From IMG/VR virus record IMGVR_UViG_3300018080_000025, positions 1 through 55,118 of that record: a stretch of 55,118 nucleotides of DNA, one strand, 5' to 3'. Below are positions 26,871 to 36,022 of the stretch, one piece after another. The notes under the pieces were generated by a model that ran no database searches, was not told the origin of the DNA, and saw only the letters and a program-made list of their open reading frames with translations. Position numbers and translations under genes: made by a program. This DNA comes from a virus. Lineage: Duplodnaviria > Caudoviricetes. Each line of letters starts with the position of its first letter. Position 1 is the stretch's first letter.

Positions 26871-27394
26871 CCGGCCGGCGGTTGCGGCCGCTCGGACGGC
26901 TAGGCCGGCGGTGTCACGGGTTGCCGCGGGAGGCGCATAATGCCCGCGGCGGCCGGGGGCCACGGACCCCGGCGATTCTCCTGAAAATCAGGAATCCTAC
27001 CCCCTTTTGAAATTGTTCATTCTGCGCTTCGGCTGGTTTTTCGGACGTATGGTGTGCGTCGGTGGGGCAATAGTGTAGTGAAAGTGCGCACTTTCAATCG
27101 GCGGCCAGGAATTCCGCCAGCTCTCGCCCATTTGTCGGTCAACCGCACGCAACCTTCCCCCCTCTCATACTCTCCCCCCTTCTTGGGTGGGTGCGCAGAA
27201 ACCACGCTTCGTTCGCCCGAGACTGATTTCGGGGGTATCTTGGGTCGGCCCAGGTGATTTGAGGGCCGTGGCGCGCGGAGGAGGCATGGTTTTGGTGGGG
27301 TCTACGGATTTCCTCGGGCTGTCGGGATGTTTCCAAACTCGGTTTCCGGGCGCATAGTCGTACCGATTTGGTGCTGTTTCGGTTTTGCGACGTG

Positions 27395-27410
27395 TGTTTC
27401 ACGTGAAACG
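27395..27410. promoter_or_regulatory. parS-like palindrome
   Basis: TGTTTCACGTGAAACG, 15/16 match to the bacterial parS consensus TGTTTCACGTGAAACA. Confidence 0.7.
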
Positions 27411-27478
27411 CAGGTCTTGTGTCTGTGGCGTCGGTGGCCTAGGATGTTGTGGGTGGGGGTCTGTGGTGGAGGACGACC

Positions 27479-27730
27479 ATGGCTGAGCCGGTTGCGGGCG
27501 ATCACGTCGGGATTTTGCCAGTTCTGGTAGAGGGTTGGGCGTTGGGTGGTGTTCCGATCTACATCTGGCCGAGCGGGGATCACGGTCACGACGAGGACAA
27601 TCTGGACCGGGTTGTGGGCGTATTGGCCGAGATGCGTGCCGCCCAGTCCCGGGAGCGGGTTCGGGCGGAGGCTGGGGCTTCCGCGTTATGGCCGGACGGT
27701 AGCGTCTTGAAGGGAAAGTTCTATGCCTGA
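27479..27730 (+). CDS. Hypothetical protein
   Basis: GGAGG RBS; first gene of the rightward block. Confidence 0.55.
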   Translation: MAEPVAGDHVGILPVLVEGWALGGVPIYIWPSGDHGHDEDNLDRVVGVLAEMRAAQSRERVRAEAGASALWPDGSVLKGKFYA

Positions 27731-28322
27731 CGGTGGTGTGGACGTGGCATCGGGTTCTGGGCGTTCTCAGGGCGGGCAGAGGCGGCGTGGCGGCGGTGGT
27801 TGGCCGGCACGGATGCGGCGGTTGGAGGCTGAGAACCGCGGGATGGCTCGCCAGATCGAGGCGTTGAAGGCGGCATTGCGGAAGGCTGGGGCCGACGCTG
27901 ACGTGAAGGCGGAGGGCGGCGAGCCTGTGCTGGGCCAGTCGGAGCGGCTGGATCTGGCGTTGAGTCGGGCTCCCCGGGCGAAGATTCAGGGGGACGCGGC
28001 GTACTACCGGGCAGACGGGGTATCGAATGTGAAGCGGGTCGTGTGGGACACGGTTCAGGGTTTGTGTACTTCGTTGCGTCTGACGCCGACGTTGCTGGGT
28101 CGGGCGCCCCAGGCGTTTTTGGAGGAGCGGGTGAAGTCGATTTGGCCGGTTCTGGCCCATTCGGGTCTGGGCCGATTCGTGGCGAAGTTCGAGCGGCCGG
28201 GCGTTTTGGACCTGCACCGGGTTCACATTGCGCAGGTGGTTCAGATGTGCGACACCTTGGATGCGGTGATGCGTCCGCTGCCGAAGGACATTCGCGGGGT
28301 GTTGGGCATCGAGCAGGAGTAA
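27723..28322 (+). CDS. Hypothetical protein (terminase small subunit possible by position only)
   Basis: 199 aa coupled ORF with coiled coil. Confidence 0.5.
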   Translation: MPDGGVDVASGSGRSQGGQRRRGGGGWPARMRRLEAENRGMARQIEALKAALRKAGADADVKAEGGEPVLGQSERLDLALSRAPRAKIQGDAAYYRADGVSNVKRVVWDTVQGLCTSLRLTPTLLGRAPQAFLEERVKSIWPVLAHSGLGRFVAKFERPGVLDLHRVHIAQVVQMCDTLDAVMRPLPKDIRGVLGIEQE

Positions 28323-28328
28323 CGGATC

Positions 28329-28481
28329 ATGCCGGCGGGATACGAGAAGATGCGGGATTCGTTCATTCGGGATGGGATGTCGAAGAAGGCGGCTCAGGCG
28401 AAGGCGGCGCGGATCTGGAATGCGAAGCATCCGAAGAACCCGGTGGGCCGGAAACATCGCAGGAAGGGTAAGGGCGGCTGA
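28329..28481 (+). CDS. Small basic protein (50 aa, not in the ORF track)
   Basis: AGGAG RBS; MPAGYEKMRDSFIRDGMSKKAAQAKAARIWNAKHPKNPVGRKHRRKGKGG; TGATG coupling to the next gene. Confidence 0.7.
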   Translation: MPAGYEKMRDSFIRDGMSKKAAQAKAARIWNAKHPKNPVGRKHRRKGKGG

Positions 28482-28771
28482 TGGCGGATCATGGGTTGGT
28501 GCGGCAATTCCAGGAGGACCTGGAGGAGCTTGAGCGCAAATATGGGGTGTTCCGGCTGACGACGGGATTCCCGGAAGCGATTCTGCTTATCGGTGCGCTT
28601 CAGCTTTCGTTGCGTCACCCGGGGATGCGGGGTGAGACGGCCGAGGCACTCCGCCGATTAACGAAGGCGTTGGTTGCGTCGGTTGGCGAGACGGAGACAT
28701 TGCGGGAGGTTCTCGAAAGGGGCTGGCACGAGGAGTTTGACGAATGCATCGGCGTCCCGGCGGACAACTAA
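28481..28771 (+). CDS. Hypothetical protein
   Basis: Coupled ORF; LIGALQLSLRHP. Confidence 0.6.
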   Translation: MADHGLVRQFQEDLEELERKYGVFRLTTGFPEAILLIGALQLSLRHPGMRGETAEALRRLTKALVASVGETETLREVLERGWHEEFDECIGVPADN

Positions 28772-29042
28772 CGGGGAATGAGGGCGACTTGCAGCCTGTC
28801 CGGTCGATCCATTCAGCGAAGACGGAATTGGTGGCTGACTGCCGGAGCCGGGGCCATGACGTGAAGAAGGTCCGGAGGTACGTGGGTCGGGGAGCCGGGA
28901 CGTTCCGGGGGCGGTGCGAGCGATGTCAAGGGATCGTGTGGATGAAACGGATTCGGGGCCGGTGGACAAGGCTGGGTCTCGGATATCCGTGCGACTGGAT
29001 GCTGATGAAGCGCGCGGAGGCGCGGAAGCGCAGGAGTAGTCC

Positions 29043-29384
29043 GTGCTGAGACTGTTCAAGAAATGGTTTGAGCATCGTCGTGTTCGGCGTGCCTTCGGTC
29101 TTACGTCTGCATCGCAAGGCCAACACCATCAGTCGTTACGGGGGCACTATGTCGGGCGATGTGAATGCGGGCGCATCTGGTCATCGGCGCTGAGGGATTC
29201 GGGGCCGACAGTGTGGACGATGCTCCAATGTCGCGCGTGTGGCCGCCAGATTCGTGCATTCAAGGTCCCTGGAAAGATGGTTAAAGGCTACGGTGTTGAC
29301 GCAGTAGAAGTGCCTGCTTGTGACATCCCGAAGCGCATCGTAACGAAGGGCATGACGGTCACGTGTTATCGTGAGGCTCCATGA
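29043..29384 (+). CDS. Zinc-binding hypothetical protein
   Basis: AGGAG RBS; CEC...CRAC. Confidence 0.5.
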   Translation: MLRLFKKWFEHRRVRRAFGLTSASQGQHHQSLRGHYVGRCECGRIWSSALRDSGPTVWTMLQCRACGRQIRAFKVPGKMVKGYGVDAVEVPACDIPKRIVTKGMTVTCYREAP

Positions 29385-29438
29385 GTGGGCCGTACGGCAG
29401 CGGGCGGAATCCCGAAAGCGGAAGCCGAGGTTTTCTGC

Positions 29439-29783
29439 ATGATGTTGCGTCGCGAGTTGATGAAGGTGTTGACTGGCGCGGTCGGGACGTTGACGTTCTG
29501 GCGAACGGCGAAGGCGAACAGTAAGCAGAAGCCGCTCGTCCATTCTCCGTTGAGGTCGATTCATTGGAAATGCCCATACTGCCGGGCCGGATGCCATGCG
29601 CGCACACTCGCCATCAACGCAGACCTTTGGCGGGTTTGTTGCACCTGTGGTTGTTCCGGACCTTGTTTCATGGCTGGCGAGCCAGCCGTTGCCGACCATT
29701 GTGTTTTTCTGGAGGCGACACAAGAGGGAGCCGCGAGATTTGAGCGGTCTCTGAGGGTGTTGTGGAATGTGCCATGGCGTTGA
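29439..29783 (+). CDS. Cys-rich protein with twin-arginine-like N-terminus
   Basis: MLRRELMKVLTGAVGTL; CPYC...CCTCGC. Confidence 0.45.
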   Translation: MMLRRELMKVLTGAVGTLTFWRTAKANSKQKPLVHSPLRSIHWKCPYCRAGCHARTLAINADLWRVCCTCGCSGPCFMAGEPAVADHCVFLEATQEGAARFERSLRVLWNVPWR

Positions 29784-29829
29784 CGGCCTTATAAACCGTC
29801 AATGCCTCCATCAACAGCCAGAAGATACG

Positions 29830-29868
29830 GCCGGGCGGGGCCGCCCCCTCGCTCGGCCGTTTTCTTTT
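29830..29868 (+). terminator. Intrinsic terminator-like hairpin
   Basis: GGCCGGGCG...CGCTCGGCC followed by GTTTTCTTTT. Confidence 0.5.
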
Positions 29869-29884
29869 GGCTTGACGGACGTGA

Positions 29885-31915
29885 ATGATGCTGAGCCGAC
29901 GACAGAGCGCCGACCTCGACCTGCCGCACCTGGCGGCGTGGCTTCCGGAGGAATACTTCGATATGCCGGAAGATCAGCGGCGCATTGCCGAGCGCGCAGC
30001 CACGCTTCAGGCGGCCCACCTGCCCCCCGATTACGACGGCCTGGATGAAGAGGCCCGGCTCGAGGCCCGAAAGTCGGTCCTGTCGTCATGGTTCGACCCG
30101 GATCGGATTAACGTCCTCTGCACGGACGTAGAGAATCTGATTGCGGCGCACTTCCTTTGGGTCGAGTTCTACCTGAAGCCGGACGCCTACAGCGGGGGTG
30201 ACTATTTCTTCCGGGACCCGATCACGAAGTACGACCTTGTTCGGGCGGCGATGTCGCCACCGAAACTGGAGGGTCATCCCGCAAAGACGGTCATCCACTG
30301 CCCAAGGCACACAACCAAGACGAAGACCCTCATTCACGAAATGTGTTCGATGATGGTCGTGATGCGCCCGCACACCAAGATCCTCGTGAGCGAGGTGAAC
30401 AAGGATCGGAGCACGGAGGAGCTTCAGGCAATCCGCTTCACGCTCCAGAACAATGAACTGATCGCCCGCGACTTCGGCGGACTCGGGACACTTTACTGCA
30501 CGAGCTACAAATCCGGGATGAAGTGGAACGATTCGCGCCTGGACATCGCCCTCCATCCCCACACGTCGATCATGGCATTCAGCACGAAATCGAAGCAGCG
30601 TGGGCGTCACCCCATTCTGGGCATCATCGACGACCCGGAGGATGACGAGACCGCGCAGGATCAGACCTTCAGGCGGAAGTTCTTCACCAACCTGTTCCGC
30701 CGCTACATGGGCATGTTCTACCCAGGCGCCCACATCATCTGGATCGGGACGGTGATGCGGGCATCCTGTCTGCAAATCGCCCTGGCCGACCTGATCGACG
30801 TGGACCCCGACAGCCGCAGCGACGTGGAAGAGTACGACGCGCGTTTCAAGGACTGGAACAAGGTCCACTTCCCCATGATCGAGCGCGACCCGGCGACGGG
30901 CGAGCGTTACAGCATCATGCAGGACCAGACCTCGGTACGAGCCTATGACGAGAAGCACGAGACGATGGGCGCGGCGGTCGTCGCCTCGGAGCTGGACGGC
31001 AAGCCGGTTGCCGAGGGCCAATTCGCACTTGTCCGTGATCCGGTTTGGCACGGCTACATGCACTGCCGGCGCATGGATAATGCGCCCGGTCTGCCGGAAG
31101 AATACCTGCTGGATCTCTGCAACGGGCAGATCATGGAATGGCGACAGTGGTTGACGACGGTGCAGGTCGTTGCAGGTTGCGACATCGCGGATTCGACGGC
31201 CATTGACGCTGATTTCGGCGCCAACGCGCTGGTGGGAATCGACCCTTACGGGACGGTCTTCGTCCTCGACATCTACGTCAAGCGCATGATCGCCGACGAT
31301 TGGCCGGAGAAAGCGCTGGGCATGGCATTCGAGTGGGGCGCGGTCCGCCAGGCATTCGATACCGCGGCCATGCAAAAGGTCGTGTTCCGTATGGCCGAAC
31401 GGCTTCGGATGTTGGCAGAGGAACGCGGCCATTCGCCACCAACACTCGTCGCCCTCGGGAACACGGCCCAGCGCAACAAGCATTTGAAGATTTTGAGTTC
31501 ACTCCGGCCACTCCACCGCAAGGAATTGATCCGCTATCCCTTCTTCAAGTCGATTCGCACGGATGATGGAAGGACGCACCATCCCTTCCCGCATTCCCAC
31601 GAGGGCAGTTTCCGGGAACTGTACCGGGAGATCGACACGTATACGGACGAGGGGGCCAGCGGACACGACGACGCGATCGACGCGCTCCAGATGGCGATCC
31701 ATATCGGGGCGAGGCTGAGGGGCGAGCCCCTGAAAGAGTACGACGAGAACGAGGCGGAACTGAAGAAGTGGGAAGAGGCCGGCGTGGACTGGCGCGCGCG
31801 GCGCCATCTGATCCCCTATGAGGCGTGGACGGACGATATGAAAGCTGACGCGGATTCGGATGATCCGGAGCTGGTCGGCGTTGCCGACGAGGTGGACCCG
31901 TATGCCTTTTGCTGA
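29885..31915 (+). CDS. terL: Terminase large subunit
   Basis: PRHTTKT Walker A variant, RGRHP...IIDDPED, WIGT, nuclease GCDIA and HDDAIDAL. Confidence 0.88.
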   Translation: MMLSRRQSADLDLPHLAAWLPEEYFDMPEDQRRIAERAATLQAAHLPPDYDGLDEEARLEARKSVLSSWFDPDRINVLCTDVENLIAAHFLWVEFYLKPDAYSGGDYFFRDPITKYDLVRAAMSPPKLEGHPAKTVIHCPRHTTKTKTLIHEMCSMMVVMRPHTKILVSEVNKDRSTEELQAIRFTLQNNELIARDFGGLGTLYCTSYKSGMKWNDSRLDIALHPHTSIMAFSTKSKQRGRHPILGIIDDPEDDETAQDQTFRRKFFTNLFRRYMGMFYPGAHIIWIGTVMRASCLQIALADLIDVDPDSRSDVEEYDARFKDWNKVHFPMIERDPATGERYSIMQDQTSVRAYDEKHETMGAAVVASELDGKPVAEGQFALVRDPVWHGYMHCRRMDNAPGLPEEYLLDLCNGQIMEWRQWLTTVQVVAGCDIADSTAIDADFGANALVGIDPYGTVFVLDIYVKRMIADDWPEKALGMAFEWGAVRQAFDTAAMQKVVFRMAERLRMLAEERGHSPPTLVALGNTAQRNKHLKILSSLRPLHRKELIRYPFFKSIRTDDGRTHHPFPHSHEGSFRELYREIDTYTDEGASGHDDAIDALQMAIHIGARLRGEPLKEYDENEAELKKWEEAGVDWRARRHLIPYEAWTDDMKADADSDDPELVGVADEVDPYAFC

Positions 31916-31923
31916 GGTGGCCG

Positions 31924-32310
31924 ATGTCTGAACTGTTGATTGTCGCAATCGTGTTCGCCGCCGCCGGGGTTTGTGTCTGGCTGCCGACATGCTGGCTTCT
32001 GGCCAGATTGGCGAACCACATTCTCGGCATGACCGGCGTGACGCTGCGCGAGCGCGCCCGGGACCGGCGGGACGCGATGGGATTCGTGCAGCAGACTGCG
32101 GAACTTGTGACGGGCGAACTGAAAAACGTGATCGAACAGCACGCCAGGGAGCGACACGCGCAGCGCCAACTCGACGCCAGTGTGGACATGCAGGAGATCC
32201 GGGCCAAGCAGCCGCCTCCAGAACCCCAACTCGATCAACCCCAGTATCCCGACGGTCAACCGTCGGAATCACTGATGGAGCACATGAGCCATGATACGGG
32301 ACCGACTTGA
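31924..32310 (+). CDS. Membrane-anchored hypothetical protein
   Basis: GAGGTG RBS; N-terminal TM helix; between terL and portal. Confidence 0.6.
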   Translation: MSELLIVAIVFAAAGVCVWLPTCWLLARLANHILGMTGVTLRERARDRRDAMGFVQQTAELVTGELKNVIEQHARERHAQRQLDASVDMQEIRAKQPPPEPQLDQPQYPDGQPSESLMEHMSHDTGPT

Positions 32311-34390
32311 TTATCTGCTGAACCGTCTGAAGCGCCCCCCGAACAAGCAGGGGAGGCTTCCGAATACCGATCTCGTCGCCGGGCTGAACAAGGAGGACCG
32401 CAAGAGTGCGTCCAACATCGCCAAGCGACTCCGCGAACAATTCGACCGCGGCCTGGACCGGCGTCTGATCCACGCGATCAAATGGACGCAGGTACTCAGT
32501 GTCCTGAACGGGATCCACTACTTCAAGATCGATAAGTACGGGCGTTGGTCGCCGGTCAACCCGCGCGAGCCGAACCAGGTCCGCGCCGTCGTGCCCGTCC
32601 TGGAGCCGTTCTATCGCTGGGAACATGGGCGCCTGTCCTCGAACCAGCTCGGTGTGGTGGCCCGGCCTTCCACGGGCCACGGTGATTCCGCCTATTTCGA
32701 GGCGCAACTGGCCCAGGACGCGATGAATTACTGGGTCGAGGAGACCGATATTGCCTCAGTTGATGACGAGGCGAACCAACACCTACTCGTGTACGGCGGG
32801 TGCGCGTTTTTCAGTGAAAAGGTCGCCTGGCGGAATCAAGTCTTTCTTCGGGCCTTCCCATTCTGCGAGTTGTTCCCCATCCCCTACGATTCGCGCAACT
32901 GGGTCGAGATGGACGGGGTGGCCCGCATCATCACCGTCTCAAAAGATTGGCTGGAGATGCAGGACGAAGCGTACCGCCGGCGTACCGGTCACGAGCCGTC
33001 CCGGCGCATGACCGATCTCGCGGGAACGCAGACAGCCGACATGCACGCCAACTTCACCGGCTTCACGTCGAGCATCCAATACAAGAGCAAGTTCGACGGC
33101 GCCACCTGCATGTGGATCTGGATGAAGCCGACCGAGCTGAACCCGTTCGGCGAGCACCTGTTCATGGTCGAGGACGAGCTGTTCGGCTACGTTTCGGGCG
33201 TCGATCAGGAAGGGCGCAAGATCGCGCTGGTGGGTGATGAGCTTCCGCTGTTCCCGGTCCACTACAACAAAAAGCCGCACGATTGGTGGCCTTACGGGTT
33301 CTGCGAAACACTCGTCCCGATGCAGCTCGAACACAATCGCCAGATGTCCAACCTGGTCGAGTCGGCGAACCGCAACAAGGGCGTGACGGCATACAACAGC
33401 GCGTGCATCAATGCGAACGATGTGCAAAACGCGCACTCCGGATTTATCCCCTTCCGGGCGCCGGGGCCGGATGAGCGCATCGCCCCGCTGCTTCATTTCC
33501 CGCCGACAAACGTCGGCCGCGACGTTGGCGCCGTACTCCAGGTCTGCGACCAGTTTGCCAAGCAGGGGGCCGGCTATCAGAGCGATATTCTCTTCGGACA
33601 ACAGGAGGGCCGAACAGAAAGCGGTCCCGCAACGCAGATTCTCAACACCAACGCGCAGATGCCCATGCAGGTCGTGCTCGACCGCAAATGGCGGGCGCTG
33701 CGCAAAGCCTACCGCGCCATCTATGAGGACATCCGCCAGGTCTGGCCACCGGAGAAGCATATCCGACTGGAAGGCGCCGACGGGCTGGCACGCGAAGCCG
33801 TCATTCAACGGGAGAAGCTGCCCGCCTTGAATGAAATCGAGCTGTCCCCGATGCCGCTCGTCGTCAATGGCCGCGTGGGCATGATTAACATGCTGTTCAA
33901 CCTGCGCGGCATGAAGGGTGACGATCAGCAAGCACCAATTGTCAGCGAGACGGAGTTCAGGCGCTCACTGCAAATGCTTGGCATGGCGCCTCCGGGCATG
34001 GTGTTGTATGACCAGATCGAACAGCGCATCCGCTGGCGGATCAGTCAGCTTATTGGAGACGGCAAGTCCCCGACCATTCCCGTCGTAGACCAGGATCCCG
34101 TGGCGCGGCGGTGGCAACGTATGGAGCACCACATTCTTGCCATCCGCATTCTCAAGGAAAAGATCCTCGATCCGGCCTTCCGCACGTACTCGCCCGAGGT
34201 TCGGCAGGCGCTCGAGCTCGAACTGAAATATCACCACAGCAGCATTCAAACTTCGCCTCAGCCCGACCTGTTCGACGATCAGGCCGATCGCCATGAGGCC
34301 ATGCAGATGGAAGCGTATTTGGAAGCGGCGGAGAACAACCCGGAGGACTTCTCGTCCGTGTTCGCGCCGTCCGCAGTCACGATGGCATAG
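32291..34390 (+). CDS. Portal protein
   Basis: 699 aa after terL; WPYGFCETLVPMQLEHNR and ESGPATQIL resemble P22-like portals. Confidence 0.8.
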   Translation: MIRDRLDYLLNRLKRPPNKQGRLPNTDLVAGLNKEDRKSASNIAKRLREQFDRGLDRRLIHAIKWTQVLSVLNGIHYFKIDKYGRWSPVNPREPNQVRAVVPVLEPFYRWEHGRLSSNQLGVVARPSTGHGDSAYFEAQLAQDAMNYWVEETDIASVDDEANQHLLVYGGCAFFSEKVAWRNQVFLRAFPFCELFPIPYDSRNWVEMDGVARIITVSKDWLEMQDEAYRRRTGHEPSRRMTDLAGTQTADMHANFTGFTSSIQYKSKFDGATCMWIWMKPTELNPFGEHLFMVEDELFGYVSGVDQEGRKIALVGDELPLFPVHYNKKPHDWWPYGFCETLVPMQLEHNRQMSNLVESANRNKGVTAYNSACINANDVQNAHSGFIPFRAPGPDERIAPLLHFPPTNVGRDVGAVLQVCDQFAKQGAGYQSDILFGQQEGRTESGPATQILNTNAQMPMQVVLDRKWRALRKAYRAIYEDIRQVWPPEKHIRLEGADGLAREAVIQREKLPALNEIELSPMPLVVNGRVGMINMLFNLRGMKGDDQQAPIVSETEFRRSLQMLGMAPPGMVLYDQIEQRIRWRISQLIGDGKSPTIPVVDQDPVARRWQRMEHHILAIRILKEKILDPAFRTYSPEVRQALELELKYHHSSIQTSPQPDLFDDQADRHEAMQMEAYLEAAENNPEDFSSVFAPSAVTMA

Positions 34391-34405
34391 CCAAGGAGGC
34401 ATTCG

Positions 34406-35434
34406 ATGCCAGAGCCGAACCAACCGAACACGGAACCAGCCGTGAGCCCGGCCACTCCCGCACCGACGGTGGCCAGGCCGAATCCGAAACCGGCAGAGCC
34501 GGCCCCGGCGCCGCCGCCGGCTGCCCCGGAGGCCGAATCTCCACAACTCACGATGAACACGCCGTTCAAGATCCCCGGGCCGGACGGTCGGGAGCAGATC
34601 GTCACGCTCGGCCAGCTCATCAACAAGGCGAGCGAAGCCGAGAAGAACGCTCTCAGCCCCGAAGATCGCGCCGAATGGGACCGGTGGAAGAAGGTCCAGT
34701 CCGGCGACCCCCAGGCGATCCTCGAAATGTTCGGTAAGCCCGCCGAACCGGAGGATCCCACGCCGACGGATTCCGATAGCCGGCTGAAGTCTCTCCAGGA
34801 CAAACTGACGGAAGCCGAGTCGCGCATTCAGGCGATGGAGGGTTTCCATCGGAGCTTGGGGGAGGTTCAGCAATGCGCCAGTCTGCGGTCTTTGATTCAG
34901 AACCACGCCCCAAAGCTCCCGCATCTCGCCAAGGCGGCTGAGGCGAATCAGAACGTCGTCCGCCAGATCAACGCCCAGATGCGCCAGAGCGAAGAACAAC
35001 TCAAGCAGGCTGGGCTGGACTTGAATCAGGTGCCGCAGGACGAACGATCGAAATTCGTCGCCAAGGCACTCGTCGCCTGGGAGGAGCACTTCCAGGAGCT
35101 TGCCAAGGCATTCGGAGCCCAGTTGCCGCAGACCCCGGCGCCCGGGCAATCACCCAGCATGGTCGATGACCAGACGCGGGATCAGAAAGCCGGCGCCGGC
35201 CTTCCGCCTCGATTCCGCGTCGTGAACGGGCAGGTGGTCGATCAGAACGGCCAGCCGGTCAGCCTCACGCCTGCCGGACAGATGACTGTGCCGAACTTCA
35301 TCCCTAGCCCCGCAACGAGCGGCACGCCGGCCGGTAATGTGGTTGGCACCCAGGCAGACCAGCCTTTCGGCGTGGATGAACTTCGCCAGCGGATGCGGGC
35401 CAGCGCCCAGACCATGGGCGCCCAGCAGCAGTAA
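34406..35434 (+). CDS. Capsid scaffolding protein
   Basis: Pro/Ala-rich N-terminus, helical body, between portal and capsid; AAGGAGG RBS. Confidence 0.65.
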   Translation: MPEPNQPNTEPAVSPATPAPTVARPNPKPAEPAPAPPPAAPEAESPQLTMNTPFKIPGPDGREQIVTLGQLINKASEAEKNALSPEDRAEWDRWKKVQSGDPQAILEMFGKPAEPEDPTPTDSDSRLKSLQDKLTEAESRIQAMEGFHRSLGEVQQCASLRSLIQNHAPKLPHLAKAAEANQNVVRQINAQMRQSEEQLKQAGLDLNQVPQDERSKFVAKALVAWEEHFQELAKAFGAQLPQTPAPGQSPSMVDDQTRDQKAGAGLPPRFRVVNGQVVDQNGQPVSLTPAGQMTVPNFIPSPATSGTPAGNVVGTQADQPFGVDELRQRMRASAQTMGAQQQ

Positions 35435-35444
35435 GGAGCCCTGA

Positions 35445-35774
35445 ATGATTGAAGAACAACTGACAATCGGCGGCTTTGTTCCGTTTCCGAGTCACGTTCT
35501 TGTGGAACCTCTGCCGCCTGACCAGAAGGTCGGCACAATGAAGCTGATCGAGGTGCCGCAGGCCCACCAAGAGAAAAAGGCCCTCGGCTGGGTGCGGAGG
35601 CTGAATCCCAATGACGACGGTAAAGTCTTTACTGTGGGTGACTTAGTGCTCTTTGCGGATTCAGCAGGCCATGACGTCCGGCTCGAAGGCCGCGATCTGA
35701 AGATTCTTCAGTACGTCGGTCTCGAAGACAGCGAAATCCTCGGTTGGTGGCCGGTGGGAACCGTGTCGATTTGA
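35445..35774 (+). CDS. groES: GroES-like co-chaperonin
   Basis: PFPSHVLVEP, IEVPQAHQEK, VGDLVLF...GHDVRLEGRDLKIL...EILG. Confidence 0.8.
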   Translation: MIEEQLTIGGFVPFPSHVLVEPLPPDQKVGTMKLIEVPQAHQEKKALGWVRRLNPNDDGKVFTVGDLVLFADSAGHDVRLEGRDLKILQYVGLEDSEILGWWPVGTVSI

Positions 35775-35799
35775 CGCAACACAAGATGTGGTGTACACT
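35771..35799 (+). promoter_or_regulatory. Sigma70-like promoter upstream of the capsid gene
   Basis: TTGACG-17 bp-TACACT. Confidence 0.65.
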
Positions 35800-36022
35800 T
35801 TGAACGACAACTCAACATGCCGGGCCAAGCTGCCCAGCGGAGCCGTGGCGCTCCCCAGCCTGTGATGGCGACATCCCATATCGGACTGTGATGCCCGGGG
35901 GACCCTCCTGTTCCCGGCCTCTGTCTCACCCGACACCGCCAGAGCCGTGGCGCTCGTGGAGAAAGCACGGAATCGGCGCGTAGCCGTTCCAACGAAACCT
36001 GCTTTCCACGCGAGGCACTACC

